Shown in pieces: positions 13,998 to 25,728 of a stretch of DNA of 64,000 nt; the stretch's first letter is position 1; each line of letters opens with the position of its first letter. The DNA is from Marsupella aquatica. Taxonomy: Eukaryota; Plantae; Marchantiophyta. A model generated the notes under the pieces. The model was not told the DNA's origin. It was given only the letters and a program-made list of their open reading frames with translations, and did not search any database. The stretch covers positions 24,054,709 through 24,118,708 of the forward strand of contig OZ316894.1 in assembly GCA_973895155.1 (NCBI GenBank), in the 5' to 3' direction. The translations under genes and the position numbers were made by a program.

Positions 13998-14296
13998 TGT
14001 TGTCAAACACTTGTCAAGGAGCTTAAGCAAATTTTCTCCCCAAAAGACTACCTAATACCTGCTCCATATCATACGAGGTCACAAAAGATTGACAAAACTT
14101 CTGAAATGTGCCTACAATGTCTAATCACTCCATACATAAGTAGTTTCAACTCTCCACTTCTAGAGAGGTAGTCTCCTCGACTACTTTTGTACTCACACCC
14201 TTCCCCTCTCCTCTACTCCAAGGATTAGCAAGGGCTGGGGATCTCCGCTCCAAGCTGTCACCTTAGAGTAGATTCTCACACAAACACCCAAGAACC

Positions 14297-14595
14297 CAAA
14301 GTGCTTTCCTCTTCAAGCTTAAGTCTCCTCAAGACCCTCAAAGTAGTGTTACCTCTCAACCTTGCCCCCGGCCTTGGTTTTGGTCCACACATCCCCTTTA
14401 GCTCTAAAGAAGGCTCCTCTATCTAAGGACTCTTCCTCTTGTACTTACTTTTTGTTGTAATTTACAGTCACACACCAAGAAAAGTACTTTCCACCCTCAA
14501 GCTATAATCCTCTCTAAGTCTCAAAGTAGTGCTCTACCTTAACCTTGCCTCCTTGGCCTTGGTTTTGTACTAGCACATCCCCTTTGAGCTTAGAC
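14297..14595. repeat. Imperfect ~180-bp-period direct duplication near the left end of the large insertion
   Basis: aaagt.ctttcc...tcaagct...tcaaagtagtg...aaccttgcc...ggccttggttttg...cacatccccttt at ~14297 and ~14481. Confidence 0.7.
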
Positions 14596-15359
14596 CAAGA
14601 TTACACCATAGCATGGACTCTTCTCTTGCTCCCATACACTTCAAATGGGTATGATAGCCATGACAGAAAACAAAAAACAAAAAACCTGTTACCAGGGGTT
14701 TATTTTCTGTTAACAGGGAAATTGTACCTGTTACTAGTAAGCTTGTCCCTGTTACCAGTTTTGCCTGAACCATAACGTGCATATCCACCACTCTAAGGTG
14801 CATATCCACCACTCTAATGGCATAATTTTTCGGGGGGCAATAAAGTTTAAAACAAACAATTATTTTGTGCCATCCGATGGATGAAGTGTACTATCAATCC
14901 TCCATTGACACAACAATTTATTATAGAAGATAAAAAACATGGTATTAGGAGTGTGCCTAAAGAAACATTCATGCAAATCAATCTATTTTCATCGCCAAAT
15001 AGTGACCCTTAGAGTGGGACCCACCATAGCACATGTCAATCGTGGAGTCCAAATCAACCCAATCTAAAGGAGTTGATTAAATGGACCTTGTAACGTCACA
15101 AACAAATGACAAATCACATCCTCGAGGCTTTGAAGACAGTAGACAATTTAATCAACTTACACATTTTAAATAAAACAAGAGGTCATTCTTCCACAATGCA
15201 CGTACATAATGAAGCAATGAATATCCAGTTTCCTAGAACCAGCGCCCGACGCTAACCAACAAAGTCTCAATAAAACAACTAAAATATCCGTTGGAAAAAG
15301 ACAAAATAGGGAATAACCGTTATATTGAACGACGACCTATTGGGCAGTTTCGATCTCTC

Positions 15360-18300
15360 TCATAAGCCATTCAAGTTCTGCATCTCCAGCACAAGCTTGA
15401 CTTCACCTAAAGTCAAAATAGGTTGGCTACAAAGAGTCGACTCCTCAATCTCAAGTTTGAAAACATTTATGTACACCCAGTATAGATGTTTGCAAGGCAT
15501 GTACGACTTGCCACGCGAATGTCGGAGGAAGAAGTCTTCACAAGAGCAAGCGGGGAAGATACAGATTTGGACGAAGTATGTGCTTGGTGATCGATGGTTC
15601 TCATGGGTTCGAATTCGAAATTGCTTTCCAAAAGCATTTCCGGTCTGAACATTCCATTCCCCATCCAAACTCATCACTTCTTGTCGTGCAGACTCCATTC
15701 GCTTCGTGTGACCCATAGTGAGATTAGACCGAGGCCTTGAGTTCCTCCCATTCCGACTACCAAGTCGGAGATTCAGCTCCAAAAACCTTATTGTTTCTGG
15801 GAACACGTTAACATTTATCCTGAGGTCAAAAGCAGATGGCACAGATTGACTCAATCCTGTTGTTCGCGCTAAGACAAGTCCTTGCTCTTCCAGGAATGTA
15901 ATTTCAGAAGGAGACAGGCTCGTACCCTTCAGAACAGGCAAAATGTCAGGAAAAGGAGGAAGCTTCTGAACACCACGACGCGGATGACTCTTGTAACACG
16001 CTTGGTTCGGGCAAAACCAAATCATTTCGGAGATGGGTTCGCCCCTGAAGAGACGATGGCCCTTCACGACAATTCTGACAACACCTTCAGACGAATGGAA
16101 GCCAACCTTCTTGATACGATTTTGACACTCATCGCGATCCGAACTCCCATTTAGTGTACCATTGCATTGCGGACCTGCTCCATACTTTGATGTCCGTCGC
16201 AACTGCCACTGCCCCGGAGGGACATCCTTCTCTAGCACAATCGTGCGTGGAAGTTGATTCTGAAGTGCTGCTGGGGCACTGAGTGGAGGTTTTGAGGATC
16301 TTGTTGTTTGGGTTGTTTGAGGAGTATAGTCCAGTGAATCAGTATCACTCTCTGATGTGACCATACCTGAGAGATTCACTGCCTTTGTGACAGGATGATC
16401 AGAACTTGAGGGAATAGAAGAAAAGTCAGTTCTGTTCAGGTTCTTCCTTTTCAAACCACGAGTATTTGGTGTGGTTATTAGAACGGTGTCATGCCGATGG
16501 GAATCTTGTGGAGAGACAGTCCCAGTTGCATGTCCCTTCCTCTTCATTGACTTCGTCATTATATCTCCATTCAGGGGAGTACTTCTTTCCAAATCGAATT
16601 CTGCTGCGTTAGATAGAAGCATATTAGTCGCTTCTTCAAACAATCTTGGCGAACCTGCTTGATTGGCAGAACGGAACGCTAATTCCCATATAGTTGGCCC
16701 CTTCCCCCGGTTCAAGCCTTTACGGTATGCACTGTATCCGGCAACTTGAGACAGAGCACGGTTTTGGTCAACTTTGCAAGCTTCATAAAGACCGACCTTT
16801 TTCTTTGTAGCCGAGGCTTTCATGGACGCATGCCTTGATTCTGACCCTGTACAGTTGGGGATCAAGGCACCTTCCTCAGCGCTTTTGCTCTGCCATACGA
16901 AAATGTCAACCGTAAGTAGTATTCTATTACCAGCGCCCGGCGCTGGCAACATAAATATGTAGAACAGGCCTGAAATACAATTTCAATGTTTAATACTGAA
17001 TTCTAACTACATATTGGCTTCAATTTCTTGTACTACTTGTTTTGACGTGTATGGAGAAAATAACCAGCGCCTGGCGCTAATATGAAGTTGATGAACATTA
17101 CAATCTAGATAGATGGATGCCTTACCACTCGAATAAAATTGCCCCACTGGCGCCAGCGAACAACCCACCAAGATATCCAGCTTTGCAGCATCTTCAGCTT
17201 TCCGGGGACACAGTTTCCTGATTGCCACCACACAACAATCTCTCGGGACACCCGGTATGCTGCCACAAATGATGGTGCATTTCTCAGTTTCTCCCAAAGT
17301 CTTCGATGCTCCGATTGACATTCTTCCAGTACTCCTTCCTTGGAATGATGATGAAAAGATTGATAAAAGTGAAATGCATCAGAGCGCTCCCTCTCCGGGT
17401 CCGGGTGTCCACCAAAAAAAACATTTTGCACTGCATTCCATCCAGCTTGTGCATTGTCGGCCATAAATCCTTGGATGACAACCTCCTGAAGTTCATTTTC
17501 TTTGCAAACCTCAATCATCACTCTCCATGCCTTTTTGAAGGACTCAGTGTCTTCACCTTTCAACTCGCATATGAAAATTGTACACAGTGCACGGAAATTG
17601 TGGTCGTAGACGTGTGCGCTGAAAGTAAACCAATCCGTGGTGACACGCTGCATCACATCAAAACTTACCCAGGGTCCTTCGAGTCTTCCACCCGGTTGCA
17701 TCTGCCTCAAAAGATCCACACCGGAACCGTGACCTTTCACGGTCATTTTAAAGATGTGAGGCCTATCGTTCTGACATCCCTGACCTGGAAGCAAATACCT
17801 TTGGAGAAACGACACATGAATCCTCCTCTGCATTTGCAAGAGAAAATCTAATTCACCCCGACCTTTTTGGTCTATCCTAACGCTCCGACAAAGAGATGCA
17901 AACTTCTGCGGAGTGGAAAGGACCATCAGAGACTTCCATATTTCAGTTTCTTTGATATCGACCATGTCGTCAACATGTTCGCAGAGAGATTTCACTAAGG
18001 ACCCTGTAGCAGAATTCAAGATCCCTGCCGGTTTTGACAGAGGATTGGCTTCATGTTTTTTTTTAATTAGATCCTCAGCTATCTTCTCCGCACTCCTACA
18101 GAAGGTTTTTCTACCTGGATGGTTGTGCTCACCTATATGAATTGCCAAGCGGGACATATGACTACATGTTTCCGCATCAAGTAATACTTGGGGGTACATG
18201 TAAAACAAACGAGCAGGGCAGTACTTCACACAAAAAGGAATCTGTTCGCAGTAATGACAAACAACACCTCCCTCTTCGATGAAAGATCCCACAGCATACT

Positions 18301-19111
18301 GACCACTGAGCTTTGGAGTACCCTACCATGCCTTAGCATTTGCCTTCTTCTTCCTTTGGAAATAGTCGCAAGACTTGTTCCTGCATTCAATGAATCCCGT
18401 ACAGGTAACCTTCCCAAACTGCCAAAGGTTTTTAGGATGAACAGTTGCAGTTGTTGGAAATATGCGTGTCCAAATGTAACAATCTTTGGCATGATCCATG
18501 TCCCTAAGCCTAGAGCCTTTAGAGAGCATCTTATCAATGGGTGGCAACTCAAACACGACGTTACCATTGTACTTAGTTGGCAGACAAGACACTTGTTCAT
18601 GCCTGAAATCACCCGCTGATATGAACCATGACAACTCACTATGACTAGTTGATTTGAGTAACGTATCCATCGCATTGCGCCGGTACACGACCTCCAACTG
18701 CTTAGAGCTTCCCGGAGTCTCAGCTTTCACGACAGCAGGGAGCGGGCTTTTCTTCTTCGATGGTGGACTTAGAGTACGATCTCCATCCTCACTTGAAGAA
18801 ATCTCAACCACATCACATGGAACCGACGGGAAACTGGACAGTCCTGCATGCTGTCTTAAACAAACCGAGTACAAGATCCCTGCGTAGAGATGCCAAAACC
18901 GTTCACCGTCATCGACATTGAACGTTGCAGCATCCTCGATATCATCAATGGATTCGAGCTCTCAAACAATGGCCTCAATGTCATTCATCTTCAAATCAAA
19001 TCTCCCGCAGAGATACCTCTCCCGGACCTGCTTGTACGTATCTTCCATGGGGACGGGGATAGTCACAATATCTTCAGAACCGAATCGAGAAAGAACGATA
19101 GACCGAGACAT
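15360..19111 (-). pseudogene. MULE/Mutator-like transposase with GCM/WRKY-like zinc-finger N-terminus and C-terminal SWIM finger
   Basis: ORFs 18962-19111, 18323-18874 and 17105-18292 are in one frame separated by single stops. Cys/His cluster (CTG..C.N..C; C..C...C...CPA...H.G.H.HP), core FDVMQRV...FMADNAQ...DAFH...SESRH, SWIM CSCEDF...PCKHL. Intron ~16890-17125. Confidence 0.75.
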
Positions 19112-19299
19112 GGTGAACAAAAACAAAAACTGAGGGCTATAGCGTTTGAAAGAAGAAAAGTTCATGGTATTGTTCAGCTTATATCTGTCAAACCTGGGAA
19201 TTTGACGTTAACCGATCCGTTTGTATACGACATAAAACATAGACGATGGAGGATCCGTTGGCACCATAAATGATTTTTGTCGTTTTTTCCCCGAGAAGT

Positions 19300-20075
19300 C
19301 CGGATGTCAGACACGAACATATTGCTAAAAAGATCACCAACCTTACTTAAACAGACCATAAGATATGACAAGGTATTGTCAAATTTTAGTAGCGCCTGGC
19401 GCTAACTAAAATACGCCACTAAAAATGTGTCTGAAATCTCGACATTCCAAACTAGCGCCCGGCGCTAGTATAGAATAAATTCCCTGAAAATGAACATTAT
19501 GACCACATACCAGGTGGTAATTGGGAATAAATGGTGCCTTCAAAGGATGGTTTTGATTGATTATGGATGATAAATAAACATTTATACTAGCGCCGGGCGC
19601 TAGTATTACATTTGAGAAATATTTCTCCGTAAACGATGTACTGAAGGATACTTTAATAAAATATGGGGGTGGAAAGGCCAAAATTTATGTCATAGCTCCT
19701 TCAAAAAAGACCTCTAAATTTCTTCCAGTTTATACTAGCGTCGGGCGCTATTATAAGCATACTCTAAATTGTTCACCTTGATGGTCATCATTAATGCTAG
19801 CGCCCGACGCTAGTATTGATATGATGTTAGGAAATGTCTTTAACGGTAACATTCAACGGTAACTTATGACTTCCGTGTGTGTTACGCATCTTCTACCGTT
19901 TGATTTTGGTAATTAAACCTTCCGTATACAGACGTTGGAAACTGCGAAACATCAGAGCTAATGGCTTTCCTCTAGGTTATGTCATCCTCCCGCTAGAATA
20001 TATTACACGTTCAGAGATGATTATAGTTCCATAATTTCATTGTACGATAGTTCGTACACTTCTAGAAGGAAGACG
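19300..20075. promoter_or_regulatory. Divergent intergenic/promoter region with 5 clustered AGCGC palindromes
   Basis: AT-rich spacer between the minus-strand MULE-like gene and the plus-strand ParB-like gene. Palindromes at 19391-19811. Confidence 0.55.
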
Positions 20076-23000
20076 ATGGAGGTATTCCCCTCTTCTTCCA
20101 GAGGGTATAGTGCGGTTCCTGACCAGGAGCGAGCTTATTCTGAATCTTTGCAGTCTTCGTTTACTGGTTCAGTCTATACACGTCGTGTAACTCGTTCCTC
20201 AAAGTTGTTGCCGCTCACTTCTGTCAGCGGTGTTTTGGGTCCAAATCCTTTGCAAAGAAAGATGGACAACGTAGACACAATTGCGATCTAGGATGTTGCG
20301 GATTGCGCGCTTGCTGAGATTGATCTCATTTCGAAACATGTCATGTCTTTTGGAAAGGATTCTCGTGGATTTGACAAGGAGCCGCCTCGAATCCCTCTAT
20401 GTCGATTGGTTCACATGGAGGTGGTTCGTACTCTGCAGAAAGACAGCTCTTCCATCGAGAAGCTGAAAGACTCTTTTCGTAGTATGGGTTACAACTCTTC
20501 GATAGGGATGCGTTTCTATGTGCAGCCAACGGATGAGAACGGAATTGTTCTGACCTGTACCCAGGACATTCGTGATTCATGGGATCCAATATGGCAATTG
20601 GAGAACGAGAAGTTTGAGGCTGAATGCGAGGCTGACCCAGATTTTCTCGTCTTGAAGGATAAGATGTTCTCTGTATTCGATGGAAATCACAGGTTGTACT
20701 CCTGGACGCTTGTAACAGAGGAGAACCCGGACAATCCAAAATATCATCCTCGTGTGCTCTGTACAATATTTAAAGGAGACAAGGGATCTCTCATTGAAAT
20801 TGAGGTAGCTATGCACACGTGAATCAGTAAGTTCTCATGATTTCCAGTTCTTTCCTTAAATCTTGCGAGTGTTGTATTTACTAGCGCTCGGCGCTGCTTA
20901 TACATGAATTGTTTTTCATTGACTCTTACTCTCAACGTTTGTTCGTGTAGGCTTGGCCAAGCAGTTGTAGAGCCTTCCTGGATCCTGGATGCGGACATAA
21001 TCAAACGAATTCTGGCGCATGACCTTGAGTATTACAATAAACTAATTGACCCGGGTAATTTCAAGAAGTTTGAAAGCATTCGGATGAAAACTCGGAAGGG
21101 GTCATAGTATACGAAGAAGATGCCACAAGAAGCACTTGTTTACATTCTTTGTGAGAATAAGATAAAGTTGTACTCGCATCAATTCAAACTCGACATGGAG
21201 GTAGCGGAGGCTCAAGGGAGTCCATGGTAGGCGGACGAGATTTCAAAACGGCATGCGGCCATGATGAAAGACGCAACCAAAGATTGGGCAGTGAAGTCTT
21301 CAAAAATTACGCCCTTATTAAGTCCTGAATTTGAAGATTTCCTTAGTACATGTGCAGAAATGTATGCTGTCACAGAGAGAAACAAGAGAGAGAAGAAGCC
21401 TGACACCGTTGTATGTACGATGGACCGCGCACGATTGTTCACCATTGTTTCTGCTCTAGACCCAAAGTTACGAAGCACTTTACTTGTGGCACATTGCAAT
21501 CCTGAGCTGCGGAGATAGTTTTTTCACCCAGCAAGTGTTAACGATGATTTAGTCAAACAGTGGTGCCACACTTGGATCACTTGGAATAGTGTGGAGGGAA
21601 TTGCTGCTGGCATGTTACATTCATGTCTACGTGAAGTTGAGCAAACCATGCCCGCGAATAGATTGGAAGAGTGGAATTGTAGTTTGTTTGATGATCTAGT
21701 TCAGTTTGTTACAAATGAATTCAAGAGATTTGGTGATTCCGTGAAGAATAAGTTCTTTCACACTATGTGGCCTTCAAAGTACCCTGACAAAGAAGATTAC
21801 ACCCAGAGAAACCAGAAGCGAGCGAAGAGGTTTGTGTATAGGTTCTACATGCACATGGAGGTAACCAAACCTGATTACTTCTGGGCATATCCTGCAGCTT
21901 TTATGAAGTGGATTTCAATAAGTGAAGATGATGCCTTGGCTGATTTGTACTCTATGTACCCCACGGAGGGCATATTTCCTCCGAGACCAATGACAGAATG
22001 GGAGAGAACTCACTGCCCCTGGTATCTAGATATAGATAGATGGGATTCTCTTTTTGATCAAAGGGAAAAAGATGCCTTCCATAAGCTTTCAAAGTCTCAG
22101 ATGCCAGCAAAACTTGTGTCCGACATGAAGCAAGGTCTACTTGACGATGTAGACAAGTCTGCCACAAACTTGCAAACTATCTGTGAAACAACTGTTGTGC
22201 ATGTGGACCGGAGTCGCAAACCTCGCGCGAAAGCCAAAGCGGAGCTAGCAGCACCGAGCGAGTCTACTAAATCTGGAAAGAAGAGTAAGTATTGCTATCC
22301 ATGATTTTGCCAGCGCCAGGCGCTGGCAAAAAATATTTTGTTGAGGGTATTCTCTTTCTTGGTTATTAGGCTTCGGTTGCGACTTAAGTGAATTGCATTT
22401 GGTTAGCGCTAGGCGCTAGCTTCTTTCAATACTTTAAAAGTACTTATTCTAACTACGACCTGGTTATATTTTAGGAGGGAGGAAGTCTAATACGGTGGGA
22501 ACGGGAGATACGAAAAAGGATGCTACACCTGAAGTTTCTGAGGCAAACACGGGAGCTCGATTAGACCCCATTACTCCAGTTGACAAAGGGAAGGTTATAG
22601 TTCCTATCGACGCCACGAGTACCAAGAAGAAACGAAAGAGAGCTGTCGAAGGTGGACAATCTTTAAGGGAGAGTTTTATAGCTTCTGGTTTCCAACGTGA
22701 AGTTGGAAACTTCAAAACAACTATGTCTCGCCATTGCATGGTTGAGACAAGCCTTTCTGAATTTTTTGACTCGATGTTCAACAAGGAGGAGAAGCCCGAG
22801 TGGGTTAGTGATGTGGAGAAATGGGGAAAAGACCTCGTTAAGTTGGGATTTAAAGAGAAGGGAGTTGTTCGGGGGGGAAAAGTAAGATCATTTGGAGTGG
22901 ATGCCGGCTTCATTTACCTACCGACCGGGTTCAAACCATCTATCATTGATAAGAAGGTTCCTAAATGGAACATTCCAGATCACTCAATGGCTAGATCTTT

Positions 23001-24159
23001 TTTCAAATCCATGGATCCATTTTTATCAGATGATGGGTTCCTTGTAATTCTACACAATGGGGAGTACGATCCCATGTCGCAAGTCATTGCTGCCTGTCAG
23101 GAGTCAAGGAAATTTCAGTGTATATGCTCGCATAATGTTGTGATGTCTGACCCGATGTATGCGGCAAAGACATACCGAGAGATGTTTACCCTCAGGCTCA
23201 ACATATTTGGCTGAATTAATGGGAAATGTAAAATTCCCAAAGACCCCAAATTTTGGCCACTGTCCATCAGTGAGGACCCTTCGGTTACCAATTTGATCGG
23301 ACTCTCTTCGCTCAAATCAGATCCATTCCCGCAAATGGAGTTTGCTGGAAATGCTCGTCTGTCTGTGGGTTTTATGCAATCTGTTATAGAGCTTGTCACA
23401 CGGCCTCGTGATATTTTTATGGATTGGACTGCTGGGGCTGGAGGCTCTTACATTGCTGACGACTTCTCTGGACGATTTGTACTCGGGATAGAACACCGGA
23501 AAGAATTTATTGAAACCGCTTCAAAGGTTTTCATGGATTTGTTGTCTCCCAAAGAGATTGCAGTGTTACCTCCACCTGTTCCTACTGCCGACAGAAAAAA
23601 AAAAGATAAGCTTTGATCGGTTCTCAATTTTGATTTTGATGATGAATCGAGTGAAGGTGGAGAGGAACAAGGTACAAGAAACTCCGAGGAGGAAAAGGGT
23701 GAGCGTCGTGCAGCTGTAGATGAAACCGATAGTGATGACTCTTCCGAGTAATGTTCATAAACTCGTAAGCTTCTTTCTCCATTCCCGTCAATTCATAACA
23801 TTTCTTTTGTTGTTTTGGGGAAAGGCACCTTACAAAATGGACTTTGTTATATCAGGTCAGAGTGGAATGCAAGGAGACAATTCAAACTGCGGAGGAAGAT
23901 CGCGAGACACAACGTAGAAATACCGGAAAAACCGTTTGTTCTTCCCTCCTATGCAGAGAAAGCCGCAAGGAAAGCAGAAAGTGCAAGGACACTTTGCTGG
24001 GAAAACAAAGGTCTTCGGTTACGAAGGGGTGTTGACCGAAAGTTCATTAAACATCCTTATGTTGATGACTTCTCCCGCAGCCAGTACGTAGATGATGAGG
24101 CTGTGTCCACGGACAGATCCCAGAGTACAGATTCTGGTTCCGACTCAGAATCTTGGTAG
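20076..24159 (+). pseudogene. Large spliced gene: ParB/Srx-like N-terminal domain + C-terminal beta-class amino-methyltransferase-like domain
   Basis: IEKLKDSFRSMGY...VFDGNHRLYSW (ParB-N signature GxHR) at 20343-20822. C-terminal FMQSVIELVTRPRDIFMDWTAGAGGS.IA..FSGRFVLGIE (SAM-binding motif I in beta order) at 23293-23616. Degenerate motif IV candidate FIYLPTG and FLSDDG.L in 22495-23214. Introns ~20827-20950 and ~22286-22474. Several premature stops. 3' end uncertain. Confidence 0.65.
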
Positions 24160-24419
24160 TTGAGGCTAAATCTTTTAGCAGCGCCCGGCGCTTGTAACAT
24201 CTGTATTATTTCCCTCTGCTGAGGGTCCTTTTAAATTGTTGATTTCTCTCTACTTGTTGATTACTTTTGACTTTTGTTCTTTACAAGCGCCTGGCGCTCG
24301 CCAAATGGAATCTCTAAATGGCCGTTTAGTCTTTGTTGTTTCCTGTCAACGGTCATCGTCATTGGATACCAACTGCCATTTGGATTGTGTTCTTTAGTCA
24401 GTCGTCGGAAAACCGTTGG

Positions 24420-24800
24420 GGACCATAGTTTCGGGACGATGATTCCATAGTTTAGGGACCGGGCGGAAGAGACGACTATAGTTTCAGTTTAGGTTTGTTC
24501 GGGATGACGAGAGTTGGGGACGTCGATAGTTGAGGACAATGATAGTTTCGAGAGGATGATAGAACGGGATGATAGAATGGGAGGGGAGACTTTGTTTCGA
24601 GATGACGATAGAACGTGACGATAGAACGGGATGATAGTTCATTTGGGAAGACTTTGTTTCAGGAAGACAATAGAACGGGACGTTAGAGTAGGGCGATAGA
24701 ACGGGACGATACCTGTTACCAAGGTGAAGATAGTTTCGGGAGGCAATAGAACGGGACGATGATAGTTTGATGGTCGTTTCGGAACGGTAGTGTACGCGAA
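24420..24800. repeat. Degenerate short tandem repeat (gatagaacgggac / gatagtttcggga)
   Basis: More than 10 imperfect copies of gatagaacggga and gatagtttcg units. Confidence 0.75.
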
Positions 24801-24973
24801 CCTTTATCTGGCGTCTTAGTCTTCGCGGACCTTTCTTTGACCTTTGTCGGCTATAGCACTCGCGGACGACGTTCTTACGGGAGGAGAGGTTACATATTAG
24901 ATCGGGATCTTTGAAACATGGCGAGTCAGTATGAGCCAATGGATTGGGAGGCAGCTTTTCGTCCTTCTCGTGT

Positions 24974-25400
24974 CACTACTACATATTGGCCCCTTTTGCA
25001 AAGCTTTTTTTTGACGTCGGGATGGTCTTGCGATGTCATCAACTTCAGATATTTTGTGATCAAACACGCATCACAATAAACCATGCTCACAGGTTCGTAA
25101 CATGGTGTTGCGAAGCTAAATACCTTGCAATTTGTTTGAGATCGGATTGAATTTGCAACTCTTTCAGATACTATTTGTCTCGCAAAGTATTTGTGGATCC
25201 GCGATCATCGCGACTGCATTTGGATCTCTTTTGTTTCATAATTTAGCGATAATAATGTACTCAAATATATATTGTGAACCTATTAGCTTCGCACAATATT
25301 GTGAAGCATAAATAGTCGCAAGTTACCGAATCCAGTTGATTCGCAAAGTTGAGAACACATTGGCATCACAATTACCGATGGTGTGTTATTCACAAAGTGT
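24974..25400 (+). mobile_element. CACTA-like terminus (CACTACTACA) with ttgcga/tcgcaa subterminal repeats
   Basis: CACTACTACAT at 24974 followed by many (t)tgcga/tcgca(a) motifs in both orientations. Partner end not confirmed. Confidence 0.5.
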
Positions 25401-25728
25401 TCAGAAGTTGCTTCTTGACAAGCTTGAAAATGCTTTGCAAAGAGAGTTGTTTGAAAATTTTGTAGAATGGAAATGTTTGAGAGAGTTTCTTTACAAGATG
25501 GAGAATGCATGTGTTTAGGTTACAGCTAGGGTTTTCAAAAAGGTGGCATGCATGAGGATAGCTTTGGAAACGGCTAAGGTTGCATATATAACAGTGAGAT
25601 GAAATTTCAAAGTCCAATTAAGTGTTTGTAAAACAAAAGAAGAAAAGTAATATGTTAATATAAATAAAACCATGATAGTTAGTTTAGGGTCAAATTCTGG
25701 GCCCACAACAAGTTTTACTACTAGTGCA

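Noticed and set aside
13998-14030. Start MLKLLDKCLTT of ORF 13536-14030
   Set aside because: Derived from the inserted sequence. The real upstream RepHel sequence is at 63711-64000.
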